The notes below the pieces were generated by a model. That model saw nothing but the letters and a program-made list of their open reading frames with translations. It was not told the DNA's origin and made no database searches. A program made the position numbers and the translations under genes. Positions 11,414-24,866 of a stretch of DNA of 64,000 nt are shown here, piece after piece (the first letter of the stretch is position 1; each line of letters begins with the position of its first letter). The stretch covers positions 372,001 to 436,000 of the forward strand of contig JAPDFW010000065.1 of assembly GCA_028826165.1 (NCBI GenBank), in the 5' to 3' direction. Origin of the DNA: Anaeramoeba ignava BMAN (taxonomy: Eukaryota > Protista > Anaeramoebae).

Positions 11414-14400
11414 ATGGAAGATGATTTATTTTCTTCAATTTATGTTTTAGAACATGCTTGTGTTTATGAATTACATGAAGTTGTTTCTTTTATTTCAAAT
11501 CGTTATCCAGAATTAGAAACAATGATTTTTTTTCAAGAAGAAACAAAACAACTTCTTACTCTTTATAATTTATTACTTGTTAATAAAAGAGAAGATTTTG
11601 AAAAATTTAAAAATAAATTAAATTTTATTAAAAATCAAAATACAAAAGCTTTTATTCAAGAACAAGTAATATATTTTAATTCTCAATATAATTTAAAAAC
11701 AAATTTATAACTCAATTTAAATAATTTAAATTTAAAATTATTTATAAAAATTTGAATAAAAAATTTAAATCAAAATAAAAAAAGAATAAAACATATTATA
11801 TTTAATATTAAGTAATATATTTTAATTCCCAATATAATTTAAAAACAAATTTATAATTTAATTAAATAATTTATATTTAAAAATTATTTATAAAAATTTG
11901 AATAAAATTTAAATAAAAATAAAAAGAATAAAACATATTATATTTAATTTAAATAATATATTTTAATTCCTAATATAATTTAAAAACAAATTTATAATTT
12001 AATTAAATAATTTATATTAAAAATTATTTATAAAAATTTGGATAAAATTTAATTAAAAATAAAAAGAATAAAACATATTATATTTAATATTAAATAATAT
12101 ATTTTAATTCCCAATATAATTTAAAAACAAATTTATAACTTAATTTAATAATTTAAATTTAAAATTATTTATATAAAATTTAAATAAAAATTAAATATAA
12201 ATAAAAAAAAGAATAAAACCTATTATATTTAATACTAAATAATATATTTTAATTCCTAATATAATTTTAAAACAAATTTATAACTCAATTAAATAATTTA
12301 AATTTAAAATTATTATTATAAATTTAAATAAAAAATTATAATTAAAAATAAAAAGAATAAAACATATTATATTTAATATTAAATAATATATTTTAATTCC
12401 CAATATAATTTAAAAACAAATATATAACTTAATTTAAATAATTTATATTTAAAATTATTATTAAAAATTTGGATAAAAATTTAAATAAAAAAATAAAAAG
12501 AATAAAACATATTATATTTAATATTAAGTAATATATTTTAATTCCCAATATAATTTTAAAACAAATTTATAACTCAATTAAATAATTTAAATTCAAAATT
12601 ATTTATAAAAATTTAAATAAAATTTTAATTAAAATAAAAAGAATAAAACATATTATATTTAATATTAAATAATATATTTTAATTCCAAATATAATTTAAA
12701 AACAAATTTATAATTTAATTAAATAATTTATATTTAAAAATTATTATTAAAAATTTGAATAAAATTTAAATAAAAATAAAAAAAGAATAAAACATATTAT
12801 ATTTAATATTAAATAATATATTTTAATTCCCAATATAATTTCCAAAACAAATCTATAACTCAATTAAATAATTTATATTTAAAATTATTATTAAAAATTT
12901 GAATAAAAATTAAATATAAAATAAAAAAAAGAATAAAACCTATTATATTTAATATTAAGTAATATATTTTAATTCCTAATATAATTTGAAAACAAATTTA
13001 TAATTTAATTAAATAATTTATATTTAAAAATTATTTATAAAAATTTAAATAAAAATAAATATAAATAAAAAAAGAATAAAACATATTATATTTAATATTA
13101 AATAATATATTTTAATTCCCAATATAATTTTAAAAACAAATTTATAACTCAATTAAATAATTTAATTTTAAAATTATTATTATAAATTTGAATAACAATT
13201 AAATTAAAAATAAAAAGAATAAAACATATTATATTTAATATTAAATAATATATTTTAATTCCCAATATAATTTTTAAAACAAATTTATAACTCAATTAAA
13301 TAATTTATATTTAAAATTATTATTAAAAATTTGAATAAAAATTAAATATAAATAAAAAGAATAAAACCTATTATATTTAATATTAAGTAATATATTTTAA
13401 TTCCCAATATAATTTCCAAAACAAATCTATAATTCAATTAAATAATTTATATTTAAAATTATTTATAAAAATTTGAATAATAATTTAAATAAAAATAAAA
13501 AGAATAAAACCTATTATAATTTAATATTAAATAATATATTTTAATTCCTAATATAATTTCCGAAAACAAATTTATAATTTAATTAAATAATTTATATTTA
13601 AAATTATTTATAAAAATTTAAATAAAAATTTTATTTAAAATGAAAAAGATAAATTATATAAACGATCCAGAAAAATGGGAAATATGATTAATATATATTT
13701 TTGAAAACAAATATAATTAATTAAATATTTTAGAATATAATTCAAGTTAAAAATTTTTGAATTTGGTTCATCAAATTGTTAAAAGAATAAAACATAAGAA
13801 ACAAATTTTCGAAATGATTTTTTTCTTCAATAATTTAAAAAACAAATTTAGAAATAAATTTTAAATTTTTATTAAGTTTAAAAATTTAATTTTCAAAATT
13901 TTATAAAAATGAAGAAAATTTTAAATGATATATAAAATCCAGAAAAATGGGAAATATGATTATCAACATAGAACAAATAAAATTCAAAAATTGTAATTAA
14001 TTTCTTTTTAATATTTCATTTTTAGTTTTTAAGAAATTAAAATAATTTTTCAATTAAATTTTTAGAACAAAACAAAAAAGGAAATAACTTTAAATAGTTT
14101 ATTAAGTTTATCCAATTTTCAAAATAGAAATTAAAATGAATTTATAAATTAAAATTAATTTATAAAATTGAAATTAAAATTTCTTTTTAATTTTCGGATA
14201 AAAGTTTTAAAATTAAAAATAATTTTTCAAATTAAATTTTTAGAAACAAAACAGAAAAAGGAAAATGAATCTCTTCTTCTTAATCCCAATCTTAAAATTA
14301 AAATTAAAATTAAAATTAAAATTAAAAATTAAAATTAAAATTAAAATTAAAAATTAAAATTAAAATTAAAATTATAATTAAAATTCATTTATAAAATAAA

Positions 14401-15737
14401 ATTAAAATTAAAATTAAAATTAAAATTATAATTAAAATCAAAATTAAAATCAAATTTAAAATTAAAATCAATATTTAAATTAAAATTAAAATTAAAATCG
14501 GATAAAAATTAAATTTAAAATTAATATTGAAATTAAAATCAAAATTAAAATCAAAATTAAAATTAAAATCAATATTTAAATTAAAATTAAAATTAAAATC
14601 GGATAAAAATTAAATTTAAAATTAAAATCAAAATCGGATAAAAATTAAAATTAATATTAAAATTAAAAGATGATGAATATCTTCCATTCCCAGTTTCATT
14701 CGAAAAATCAATCCAATTCAGAAAAGAAATTACTCAAAAATTAATCGAAAATACAAGATACTTAAGAAGTTTACAAGAACAAACATCAGTCTACACACAA
14801 CAAATCCAATTCAAAAATCAAGAAGACAAAAAAAATAAAATGGAAAATCAATACGAAAAAATAAACGGAAAATTTGATGAAACAAATAAAGAAAACGAAA
14901 AAACAAAAGAAAAAGGCTCCAAATCGAAAAAAAATAAACAAAACACAAACACGAAAAAAAAAGAAACAAACGATAACCGAAAAAAGGGGAAAACAAAAGC
15001 CAAAACAAAAAAAAAACCGAATGCAAAAAACAAAAAACCACCAAATTCAACAAAAAGAAAGAAAAATCAGACACAAACAAAGCCAAAAGGAGAAGAAAAC
15101 ATATCAATCACGAGGAGGAACATGGTCGATGGAAGAAACATATCAGCTTATCGAGGGGGTAAGAAGGTATGGAGTTGGAAGATGGTCTTTGGTTCGGGAT
15201 GATCCAAAAATTCGGATCGGATCTCATCGAACAAACCACGATTTATGTAATAAATGGCGAAACCTAACATCAAGAAGCCACGATGAAGATTTCAAGAAAT
15301 TTATCACAGAAGCAATCAACCAGAAGCATCCTGTTGTTTACCATGGAAATGACAGCGCTGAGATTACAGACGATGATATTGAAAAAAAATCCGATTTTTT
15401 GGATTCTTCTTTTGATAATCAAGATATTAAAAGAACAAAAAAATCCAATAAGAAAAATCCCCAAAATAAAATAGATCTTCCAAATGAGATTTTTGAGAGG
15501 CAAATTGAAGCTTTGGAACAACAACAAAATGAAAATTTGGTTGAGCAAAATTTTGTTATCAATCAAAATTCACGTCAATTTGAAAAGGATTTAATTCAAA
15601 AAAATCAAGATCAAAAGAATAATCAAAAATTAGCAGTTGATGTTGTATTTGAAAAAGAGAATGATTCACAATCAAATTTTGCAGAAAATTTTGAGAAGAA
15701 AGAAGAAGAAGAAGAAGAAAAAGAGAAAATGAATTAA
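11414..15737 (+). CDS. Telobox/TRF-like Myb-domain protein; exon 11414-11665 tentatively linked, last exon ~14670-15737 with one frameshift
   Basis: WSMEETYQLIEGVRRYGVGRW..RTNHDLCNKWRNL is a telobox Myb; donor GTAATA at 11666, acceptor AAAG at ~14669; middle exons (13900-14300) unresolved. Confidence 0.6.
11666..13648. repeat. Minisatellite B, ~143-bp unit, ~14 copies, starting at a 5' splice site
   Basis: Anchor GAATAAAAC at 11784, 11926, 12066, 12211, 12355, 12500, 12641, 12785, 12931, 13074, 13217, 13359, 13502. Confidence 0.92.
14292..14668. repeat. (TAAAAT/CAAAAT)n intronic microsatellite
   Basis: Direct inspection; ends at AAAG acceptor. Confidence 0.85.
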
Positions 15738-15882
15738 TTTGTTTTTTTTGTTTTTTTTTTTGAATTGAATTAAAAAATTAAAAATAAAAAAAAGTGGAAC
15801 AAAATTTAATTTAAATTTAGATTTTTAATTTAAATTTTTTGCTTTTTTTTATTTGCTTTGGAAATTGTTATAAAAAAAAATA

Positions 15883-18360
15883 TTAATTATCTAATCGATA
15901 AAAACATATTGATTGATCATCAGAAACGGAAACTAATTGTTGACCAAGAGGATCAAAACAAATATCACAAACTTGATCTTTATGAGAATCAAAAAAATGC
16001 AAGTTTTCAAAATTGCGAATATCCCAAACTTTAACAGATTTATCACTTGAACCTGTAGCAAAAATTGGAGCAGAAGGATGGAAAGCAGAAGTGAGGACCC
16101 AAGACTTGTGTGCGGAGATTGTGTTAATAGGAGTATCAGAATGGTGATAATCAAAGAGCCTAACTTGACCATCTTCAGAAGTTGTTAATAATAAAAGTGA
16201 ATCTTGAGAGAAACATAGCGAGCGTATCCCCATTGCATGAGCCTCAAATTTAGCAAAATACTCGCCAGTCTCCACATCGAAAATCGTCACAATTCCGTTC
16301 TCTGCTCCGCATCCTATTAGCTTTCCGTTTGGACTGAATTTTGCTGATAAAAGAAATTTTGCATCGCTGTCAAGTGTTCGCATTAATTTATTTGTTTGTG
16401 TCCCGAATAGATCTAGTTTCCCGTTATCCCGTCCGCATAATAATACTTCATCCCCTCCGTTAATGTCAAGCATCCATGGCTGATATGAATTCTCAAGCTC
16501 AATAATCGTTGGTGTTGTGTTGTTTTTTAAATCCCATTTTCGAAGTGTTCCATCAAATGAACTTGAAAAAATATCTTTTTATAAATAATTTTATATTTTA
16601 TAAATAATTTTATAAATAATTTTATATTTTATAAATAATTTTATAAATAATTTTATAAATAATTTTATAAATAATTTTATAATTAATTTTATAAATAATT
16701 TTATAAATAATTTTATAAATAATTTTATAATTAATTTTATAAATAATTTTATAAATAATTTAATAAATAATTTTATAAATAATTTTATAAATAATTTTAT
16801 AATTAATTTTATAAATAATTTTATATTTTATAAATAATTTAATAAATAATTTTATAAATAATTTTATAAATAATTTTATTAATAATTTTATAAATAATTT
16901 TTTAATTTTATATTTAATTTAATAAATAATTTTATAAATAATTTTATATTTAATTTTATAAATAATTTTATAAATAATTTTATATTTAATTTTATAAATA
17001 ATTTTATAAATAATTTTATAAATAATTTTATAAATAATTTTATAAATAATTTTATAAATAATTTTATAAATAATTTTATATTTATAATTTAATAAATAAT
17101 TTTATAAATAATTTTATAAATAATTTTATAATTAATTTTATAAATAATTTTATAATTAATTTTATAAATAATTTTATAAATAATTTTATAAATAATTTTA
17201 TAAATAATTTTATATTTAATTTTATAAATAATTTTATAAATAATTTTATAAATAATTTTATAAATAATTTTATATTTAATTTTATATTTAATTTTATAAA
17301 TAATTTTATTAATAATTTTATAAATAATTTTATTAATAATTTTATAAATAATTTTATAAATAATTTTATAAATAATTTTATAAATAATTTTATAAATAAT
17401 TTTATAAATAATTTTATAAATAATTTTATAAATAATTTTATAAATAATTTTATAAATAATTTTATAAATAATTTTATAAATAATTTTATAAATAATTTTA
17501 TAAATAATTTTATAAATAATTTTATAAATAATTTTATAAATAATTTTATAAATAATTTTATAAATAATTTTATAAATAATTTTATAAATAATTTTATAAA
17601 TAATTTTATAAATAATTTTATAAATAATTTTATAAATAATTTTATATTTAATTTTATAATTAATTTTATAAATAATTTTATAAATAATTTTATATTTAAT
17701 TTTATAAATAATTTTATAAATAATTTTATAAATAATTTTATAAATAATTTTATAAATAATTTTATAAATAATTTTATAATTAATTTTATATTTAATTTTA
17801 TAAATAATTTTATATTTAATTTTATAATTAATTTTATAATTAATTTTATATTTAATTTTATAAATAATTGTTTTAAATTTTGTTTTAAATTTTATAAATA
17901 ATTTTATAAATAATTTTATAAATAATTTTATAAATAATTTTATAAATAATTTAATAAATAATTTTATAAATAATTTTATAAATAATTTTTAAATTGTTTT
18001 AAATTATTTTAATTTTAATTTTATAAATAATTTTATAAATAATTTAATAAATAATTTTATAAATAATTTTGTTTTAAATTTTGTTTTAAATTTTGTTTTA
18101 AATTTTGTTTTAAATTTTGTTTTAAATTTTGTTTTAAATATTATAAATATAAAGTACATTCTGCTTGTTTTGAAACTGCTAAAGAAATAACACCTAATTC
18201 ATGACCAGTTAAAGTATTTAAAGGACTATCTGATGTTGAACCATTCCAAGTTTTAATAGTAGAATCACAAGAACCTGTTAATAATAAATTATTTTCTGCC
18301 CATTTTACTGTCCAAATTCCATCATTATGTGCTTTTGTAATTGCTTTTAAGAACAGACAT
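15883..18360 (-). CDS. WDR61: WD40 protein WDR61/Ski8; exons 18360-18158 and 16574-15883
   Basis: Exon 1 AHNDGIWTVKW..TGSCDSTIKTW..GHELGVISLAV; intron GTACTT..AAAAG; SSSFDGTLRKWD, AHAMGIRSLCFS, AHKSWVL, VSVSDDQSI; one extra A just after the ATG. Confidence 0.85.
16578..18140. repeat. (TAATTTTATAAA)n 12-mer array filling the 1.58-kb WDR61 intron
   Basis: Direct inspection; essentially no G/C over ~1.3 kb. Confidence 0.95.
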
Positions 18361-18460
18361 AAAAAAATTGAAAATAAAAAAATGAAAAAAAAAATTTAAT
18401 TTTATTTTTTTAAAAATATTTTTTTCATTTTTTTTCCTTTTTCTCTTTTAATTTTTTAAA
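18361..18460. promoter_or_regulatory. 100-bp bidirectional promoter WDR61/ENY2 with back-to-back TTCATTTT
   Basis: AAAATGAA at ~18380 and TTCATTTT at ~18424. Confidence 0.55.
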
Positions 18461-18856
18461 ATGAATAGAAGAAAAAAAAATCCTCAAAAAAATAAAAAGA
18501 AAAATCCTCAAAATCAAAATCAAAAATTAATTCAAAATAATCAACAAATTTTTGATAAACAAATACAAGAAAAACCAGAAGAATTTTTTGATAAATTAAA
18601 ATTTCAATTTGAAAATTCAAAAGAAAAAAAAAATATTGAAGAAACGTTTAGAAAAAAATTAATTGAATCAAATTGGAAACAAAAAATGGAAACTTTTTGT
18701 AATGAATTAATTGAATCAAAAGGAATTTCAAATATTTCAAAAGAAAAAATTCTAAAAAAAATGATTTTTGAAGGTCAATTAAATGTTCCTTTAGAATTAA
18801 GAAATGAACTTGAATCATCAATTAGAAGTTTTCTTGAAACAATTCAAATGAATTAA
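18461..18856 (+). CDS. ENY2: Transcription and mRNA export factor ENY2/Sus1
   Basis: RKKLIESNWKQKMETFCNELIESKGISNIS..VPLELRNELESSIRSFL matches the EnY2 family pattern. Confidence 0.8.
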   Translation: MNRRKKNPQKNKKKNPQNQNQKLIQNNQQIFDKQIQEKPEEFFDKLKFQFENSKEKKNIEETFRKKLIESNWKQKMETFCNELIESKGISNISKEKILKKMIFEGQLNVPLELRNELESSIRSFLETIQMN

Positions 18857-18919
18857 TTATTTTTATTTTTGTTTTATTTTCTTTTTTTTTTGTATTCCAT
18901 TTTAATACAATTAAATAAA

Positions 18920-19880
18920 AAGAATGAAAATAGATTTAATTTAATATTTAATTTAATAATTGATTTAAAAATATAATTTAATATTTAATTTTATTATTAA
19001 AATAATAATTTAATGTTTTAGATTTAAATATTTTATTATTTAAATATTTAACATATAAATATAAAAAATAAGAATAGATTTAATTTAATATTTAATTTTA
19101 TGTTTAAAATAATAATTTAATGTTTTAGATTTAAATATTTTATTATTTAAATATTTAACATATAAATATAAAAAATGAGAATATATTTAATTTAATATTT
19201 AATTTATAAATTAATTTAAAAATATAATTTAATATTTAATTTTATTATTAAAATAATAATTTAATGTTTTAGATTTAAATATTTTATTATTTAAATATTT
19301 AACATATAAATATAAAAAAATAAGAATAGGTTTAATTTAATATTTAATTTATAAATTAATTTAAAAATATAATTTAATATTTAATTTTATTATTAAAATA
19401 ATAATTTAATGTTTTAGATTTAAATATTTTATTATTTAAAAATTTAAACATAAAAAATATAAAAAATAAGAATAGATTTAATTTAATATTTAATTTGTAA
19501 ATTAATTTAAAAATATAATTTAATATTTAATTTTATGTTTAAAATGATAATTTATTGTTTTTAAATTTAAATATTTTATTATTTAAATATTTAACATATA
19601 AATATAAAAAAATAAGAATAGATTTAATTTAATATTTAATTTATAAATTAATTTAAAAATATAATTTAATATTTAATTTTATTGTGTTAAAATAATAATT
19701 TAATGTTTTAGATTTAAATATTTTATTATTTAAATATTTAACATAAAAATATAAAAAATAAGAATAGATTTAATTTAATATTCAATTTATAAATTAATTT
19801 AAAAATATAATTTAATATTTAATTTTATTATTAAAATAATAATTTATTGTTTTAGATTTAAATATTTTATTATTTAAAAA
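18920..19880. repeat. Minisatellite C, ~145-bp unit, ~7 copies
   Basis: Anchor TAGATTTAATTT at 18931, 19075, (19182 deleted copy), 19327, 19473, 19619, 19765. Confidence 0.9.
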
Positions 19881-20310
19881 TATTTTGAAAATTGATTTTT
19901 TTGAAATTAAAATTTTATCTTTTTTTTTGAATTAAATTGAATTAATATTAATTTGGAAATTTGTTTTTAAAATTTAAATTTATTAATAATTTTTAAATTC
20001 CAAAAAAAAAAAATTAAATTAAAAATTAAATTAAAATAATTTTCCTTTTTTTTTAATAAAAAAAATTAATAAAAAATAATAATAATTTATTAATAAATTA
20101 ATTTAAAATAATAAATTAAAAAGAAAATTAAATTAATTATTAATTTAAATTTATTCTCATTTTTTATATTTTTATTTATTTTCAAAATCCACTTTTTTTA
20201 TTTAAATTTTTTTTTTAAATTTTTTTTTCATTTTTTTCCTTTTTTTTTTAAAAACAAAAAACAAAAAACAAAAAACAAACAAAAACACAAAAAACAAACA
20301 AAAACACAAA

Positions 20311-21992
20311 ATGGATAATGATAATAATAATAACCAAATTGAAAATGCAAATCAAATTCAAAATCAAAATGAAAATGAAATGAAAAATTTAGAAAAAAAA
20401 GTAACAAAAAATTTAATTAAAGATTATTCAAACCTTTTAATTGGAAATTCATTTAAAGATTTTTCAATTTTTGTTGAGAATGGATCAAATCCTTTTGAAA
20501 TTAAAGTTCATAAATCAATTTTATCTTCAAGATCTCCTTTTTTTGATAAGTTTTTAAGAGAACAAAATGAGATTGATAAAATTTTTTTAAATCAATTTAA
20601 TAAAAAAGAAATGGAATCAATTTTGAGTTATATTTATTATGGAAATATTCCTTTTGAGAATCAAGAAAATCTTATTCAATTATTGGAAATTTCAATTTAT
20701 TTTAAATTAAATTTATTGAAAGAAATTATTCAAAAAAAAATTTCAAATTCAATTAATTATTCAAATTTTTTCCAATTTTTATTCCAAAATCGAAATTTAA
20801 AATCAAATGAAATTGAAATAAAATGTTTTGAATTAATAAATCAAAATTTTTCCCAAATTCAGAATAATGAGAATTTATTCAATTTAACTAAAGAAGAAAT
20901 TATCAAATTTATTCAATTTAAACAAGAAAAAAAAGAAATTTTTCAATTTGATTTTTTTCAATTTTTAAATAATTGGATTGAAAAAAGAAATAAGAGATTA
21001 AAAGGAAAGAAAGAAAAAGAAATTGAAATTGAAAAGAAAAGATTATTTCATTCTTTTTTTTCATTATTTGATAAAGATTCAATTTCAAAACAAGATTTTG
21101 ATAAATTAAAAACAATTTGATATTTTTCTTCCAAATTCTTTTTTAATTGATATTCAAAAAACTATTTTTCAAATTCAAGATCAAGAAAATCAAACAAAAA
21201 TTAAAAGAAGAGATAAAAGAATCAAATCATTTCAATCTGAAAACCAAATCCAAAAAGAGGAAATTGATAATAAAGAAAAGAATATTCAAAATCTAAAATC
21301 AGAAAATGAGAAAAGAAAGATAATATTCTCAAACAAAAAGATGAAGAAATACAAAATCTTAAATTATCAATTGAGAAATCAAAACAAAATCAAAATAAAT
21401 TATTGAATATTTTTCAGATTCAATAATTATTCGAGATATTGAATATGTTAAGAAATTAAAAGAATGGATAAATGATGATGAATTTTTATAAAATGAAAAA
21501 AGGATTTTCAGTAAAAAAAGATGGATTTACAGGAAATAAATGGCATTCAATTTGTGATAATAAAGGAAAAACATTAGTTATTATCAAAACAAAAGAAAAT
21601 TATATTTTTGGAGGATTTACTCAAGTTGGATTTACAACTGATAAATCAAAATGGAAAGAAAAAGATATCAATAAAAGAAATGGGTTTATTCCAGATAAAA
21701 ATGCATTTCTCTTTTCATTAAGAAATGATAAAGGAGATAGAAAACCAGAGAAATTTCCAATTAAAAAGGAGAAGAACAAACAGCAATTTATTATGATTTA
21801 GATAGTGGTCCATGTTTTGGAAGAAGTGGAGGAATTTGGTTAAATTATGATTTTTCACCTTTTGTAACAAGTTGTGGTGAATTTTATACTAATCCTAAAG
21901 GAATTGAACCAAATTCAAATGAAGCTAAAAGTTATTTAGCTGGTTCTTATGATGAATGGAAAGTTGATGAAATTGAAACTTATTTCATTTAA
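20311..21992 (+). CDS. BTB-coiled coil-TLDc protein (BTB A, TLDc alpha); several frameshifts (error or pseudogene)
   Basis: Near-identical inverted paralogue of 1649-3488; indels near 21110, 21310, 21410, 21765; ends ETYFI-TAA at 21992. Confidence 0.75.
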
Positions 21993-22890
21993 AAATTATT
22001 TTTCATTTTTTCTTTCAAAATTCAATTCAATTTTAATTTACTTTAAATCAAATTAAATTATTCAAATTAATAAATAAAAAACAAATCCAATTTAAAAAAT
22101 TTAAATTTTAATTAAAAAATATTATTAAAAATATGATTAAATATGAAAAATTGTTTTTTGAAGATAATAAACCAAAATAAAAATTGAAAATAGAAATTAA
22201 TAATAATTAAATTTAAATTATTTATTATTAAATAAATTAATAAAGAATTCAATTAAAATTTATTATTAAAAATTTATTAAATCAAGAAATATTTAAAACA
22301 AAACAAAATTTTCCAATTTAAAAATTTATTTTCAATATATTTTATTATAATTAAAATTGAATAATAAATAATCAAAAATATTTTAAATAAAGAAATATTG
22401 ATAAAATATATATTTAATATTCTTTATTTAAATTTGAAATAAATTAATTAAAATATTTTATTAATTTTAAAATATTTAAATATTCTTTATTTAAATTTTG
22501 AAATAAATTAATTAAAATATTTTTTATCAATTTTATTTAAATTTTTGAAATAAATTTTAAATTATTTTAAATAAAGAAATATTATTTAAAATAAAAAAAT
22601 ATATAAAATAAAATTAATTTCCAATTTAAATATTTATTATTCTTTATTTAAATTTTGAAATAAATTAATTAAAATATTTTATTAATTTTATTAAATTTTT
22701 GGGAATAATTTTATATTATTTTAAATAAAGAAATATTAATAAAATATATAAAATAAAATTAATTTTATCAATTTTATTAAAATTAATTTTATATTATTTT
22801 AAATAAAGAAATATTGATAAAATATTTATTATTCTTTATTTAAATTTTTATTTTTCATTTTTTTCATTTTTTTTCATTTTTATTTTAAAA

Positions 22891-24354
22891 ATGGAAAATT
22901 ATTTAAATTTAGAAAAACTTTCAAATGATTTAAAAAATTTATTTCAAAATCAAAATCAAAATCAAAAAGAAGAAGAAAGTTATTTTGATTTTGAAATATT
23001 TTGTGAAGAAAATAAAATTTCATTTAAAACTCATAAATCAATTCTTTCTTCAAGAAGTCAATATTTTAAATCACTTTTCAATTCTAAAATGAAAGAATTT
23101 CAAGAAAATAAATTAATTCTAAAAGATTTTTCAAGTTCAATTCTATTTCCAATTTTGAATTATTTTTATTCAGGAAAAATTGAAATTAATTCAGAAAATG
23201 CAATAGAAATTTTAATGTTTTCTTCAAAATATTTAATTGATGAATTAATTGAAATTTGTTCAAACTTTATTAAAAATAATTTACAAATTGAAACTGTTAT
23301 TGATATTCTTAAATTATCTGAAAGAATGAACTTAAATCAATTATTTGATTTTTCTTATCAATTTATTTTTGATAATTTTTATAAATTTATCAAAACTCCA
23401 TTTTTTCTTGAACTTGAAGAAAATCATTTAAATTCAATTTTATTAAATGATAAAATCCGAATAAATGAATTTGAACTTTTCCAAACAATAATAAAATGGG
23501 GAAAACATAAATCAAATATTAATCAAGAAAAAGAACTAGAAAAACAAGAAAAAGAAAAATTACAAGATCAAATTTCAAATATTATTCAAAAAATCAGATT
23601 TATTGATTTTTCAGATCAACAAATTGAAGATATATTAAAAGAAGAATTAATTCCAAATCAAATTTCACAACAATTAAATAAATTACTAATAATTAAAAAT
23701 CAAGAAAATGAAGAAAAGTTAAAACAATTTATTGAAAATCAAAATTCATTAATTTTCAAAACAAGAATTGAATTAAATTCTTCAACAATAATTCAAGATA
23801 TAAAACAATTAAAGCAATTAAAAGAATGGATAAATGATAATGAATTCTTTTATAAAATGAAAAAAGGATTTTCAGCAAAAAAAGATGGATTTGATTGTAA
23901 AAAATGGCATGATAAAGTTGATAATAAGGGAAAAACATTAATTATTATCAAAACAAAAGATAATTATATTTTTGGAGGATTTACTCAAGTTGGATTTACA
24001 AATGATAAATCAAAATGGAATGAAGATTATGAAGATGAAGATGGATGGATTAAAGATAAAAATGCATTTCTCTTTTCATTAAGAAATGATAAAGGAGATA
24101 GAAACCCAGAGAAATTTCCAATCAAAAAAGGACAAGAACAAACAGCAATTTATTATGATTTATATAGAGGTCCATGTTTTGGAGCAAATGGAGGAATTTG
24201 GTTAGATTCTAATTTTTCACCTATCGTAACAAGTTGTGGTGAATTTTATACTAATCCTAAAGGAATTGAACCAAATTCAGATGAAGATCAAAGTTATTTA
24301 GCTGGTTCTTATGATGAATGGATTGTTGATGAAATTGAAACTTATTTCATTTAA
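22891..24354 (+). CDS. BTB-BACK-TLDc protein (BTB C, TLDc alpha), intact 487 aa
   Basis: DFEIF..THKSILSSRSQYFKSLF; BACK (FLELEE..NEFELFQTIIKWG..IRF); TLDc. Confidence 0.92.
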   Translation: MENYLNLEKLSNDLKNLFQNQNQNQKEEESYFDFEIFCEENKISFKTHKSILSSRSQYFKSLFNSKMKEFQENKLILKDFSSSILFPILNYFYSGKIEINSENAIEILMFSSKYLIDELIEICSNFIKNNLQIETVIDILKLSERMNLNQLFDFSYQFIFDNFYKFIKTPFFLELEENHLNSILLNDKIRINEFELFQTIIKWGKHKSNINQEKELEKQEKEKLQDQISNIIQKIRFIDFSDQQIEDILKEELIPNQISQQLNKLLIIKNQENEEKLKQFIENQNSLIFKTRIELNSSTIIQDIKQLKQLKEWINDNEFFYKMKKGFSAKKDGFDCKKWHDKVDNKGKTLIIIKTKDNYIFGGFTQVGFTNDKSKWNEDYEDEDGWIKDKNAFLFSLRNDKGDRNPEKFPIKKGQEQTAIYYDLYRGPCFGANGGIWLDSNFSPIVTSCGEFYTNPKGIEPNSDEDQSYLAGSYDEWIVDEIETYFI

Positions 24355-24866
24355 AAATTATTTTTCATTTTTTCTTTCAAAATTCAATTCAATTTTAATT
24401 TACTTTCAAATCAAATTAAATTATTCAAATTAATAAATAAAAAACAAATCCAATTTTAAAAATTAAATTTAAATTAAAAAATATTATTAAAAATATGATT
24501 AAATATGAAAAAATTGTTTTTTGAAGATAATAAACCAAAATAAAAATTGAAAATAGAAATTAATAATAATTAAATTTAAATTATTTATTATTAAATAAAT
24601 TAATAAAGAATTCAATTATAATTTATTATTAAAAATTCATTAAATCAAGAAATATTTAAAACAAAACAATTTTCCAATTTAAAAATTTATTTTCAATATA
24701 TTTTATTATAATTAAAATTGGAATAATAAATAATCAAAAATATTATTTCAATAAAATAAAATTAATTTTAATTTTAATTATTTAATATTCTTTATTTCAT
24801 TTTTGAAATGAACGCAAATTAAAAATTCAAATTGATTAAGAAAAAAAAGAAAGAAAAAAAAGAAAA

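Noticed and set aside
13650-14290. Mutually exclusive duplicated exons (ATCCAGAAAAATGGGAAATATGATT twice) in the Myb gene
   Set aside because: Frames and splice sites do not resolve; the region looks like poorly polished duplicated sequence
16578-18140. Telomeric or centromeric repeat
   Set aside because: Lies within an in-phase GT-AG intron of WDR61; no G-rich telomere repeat seen
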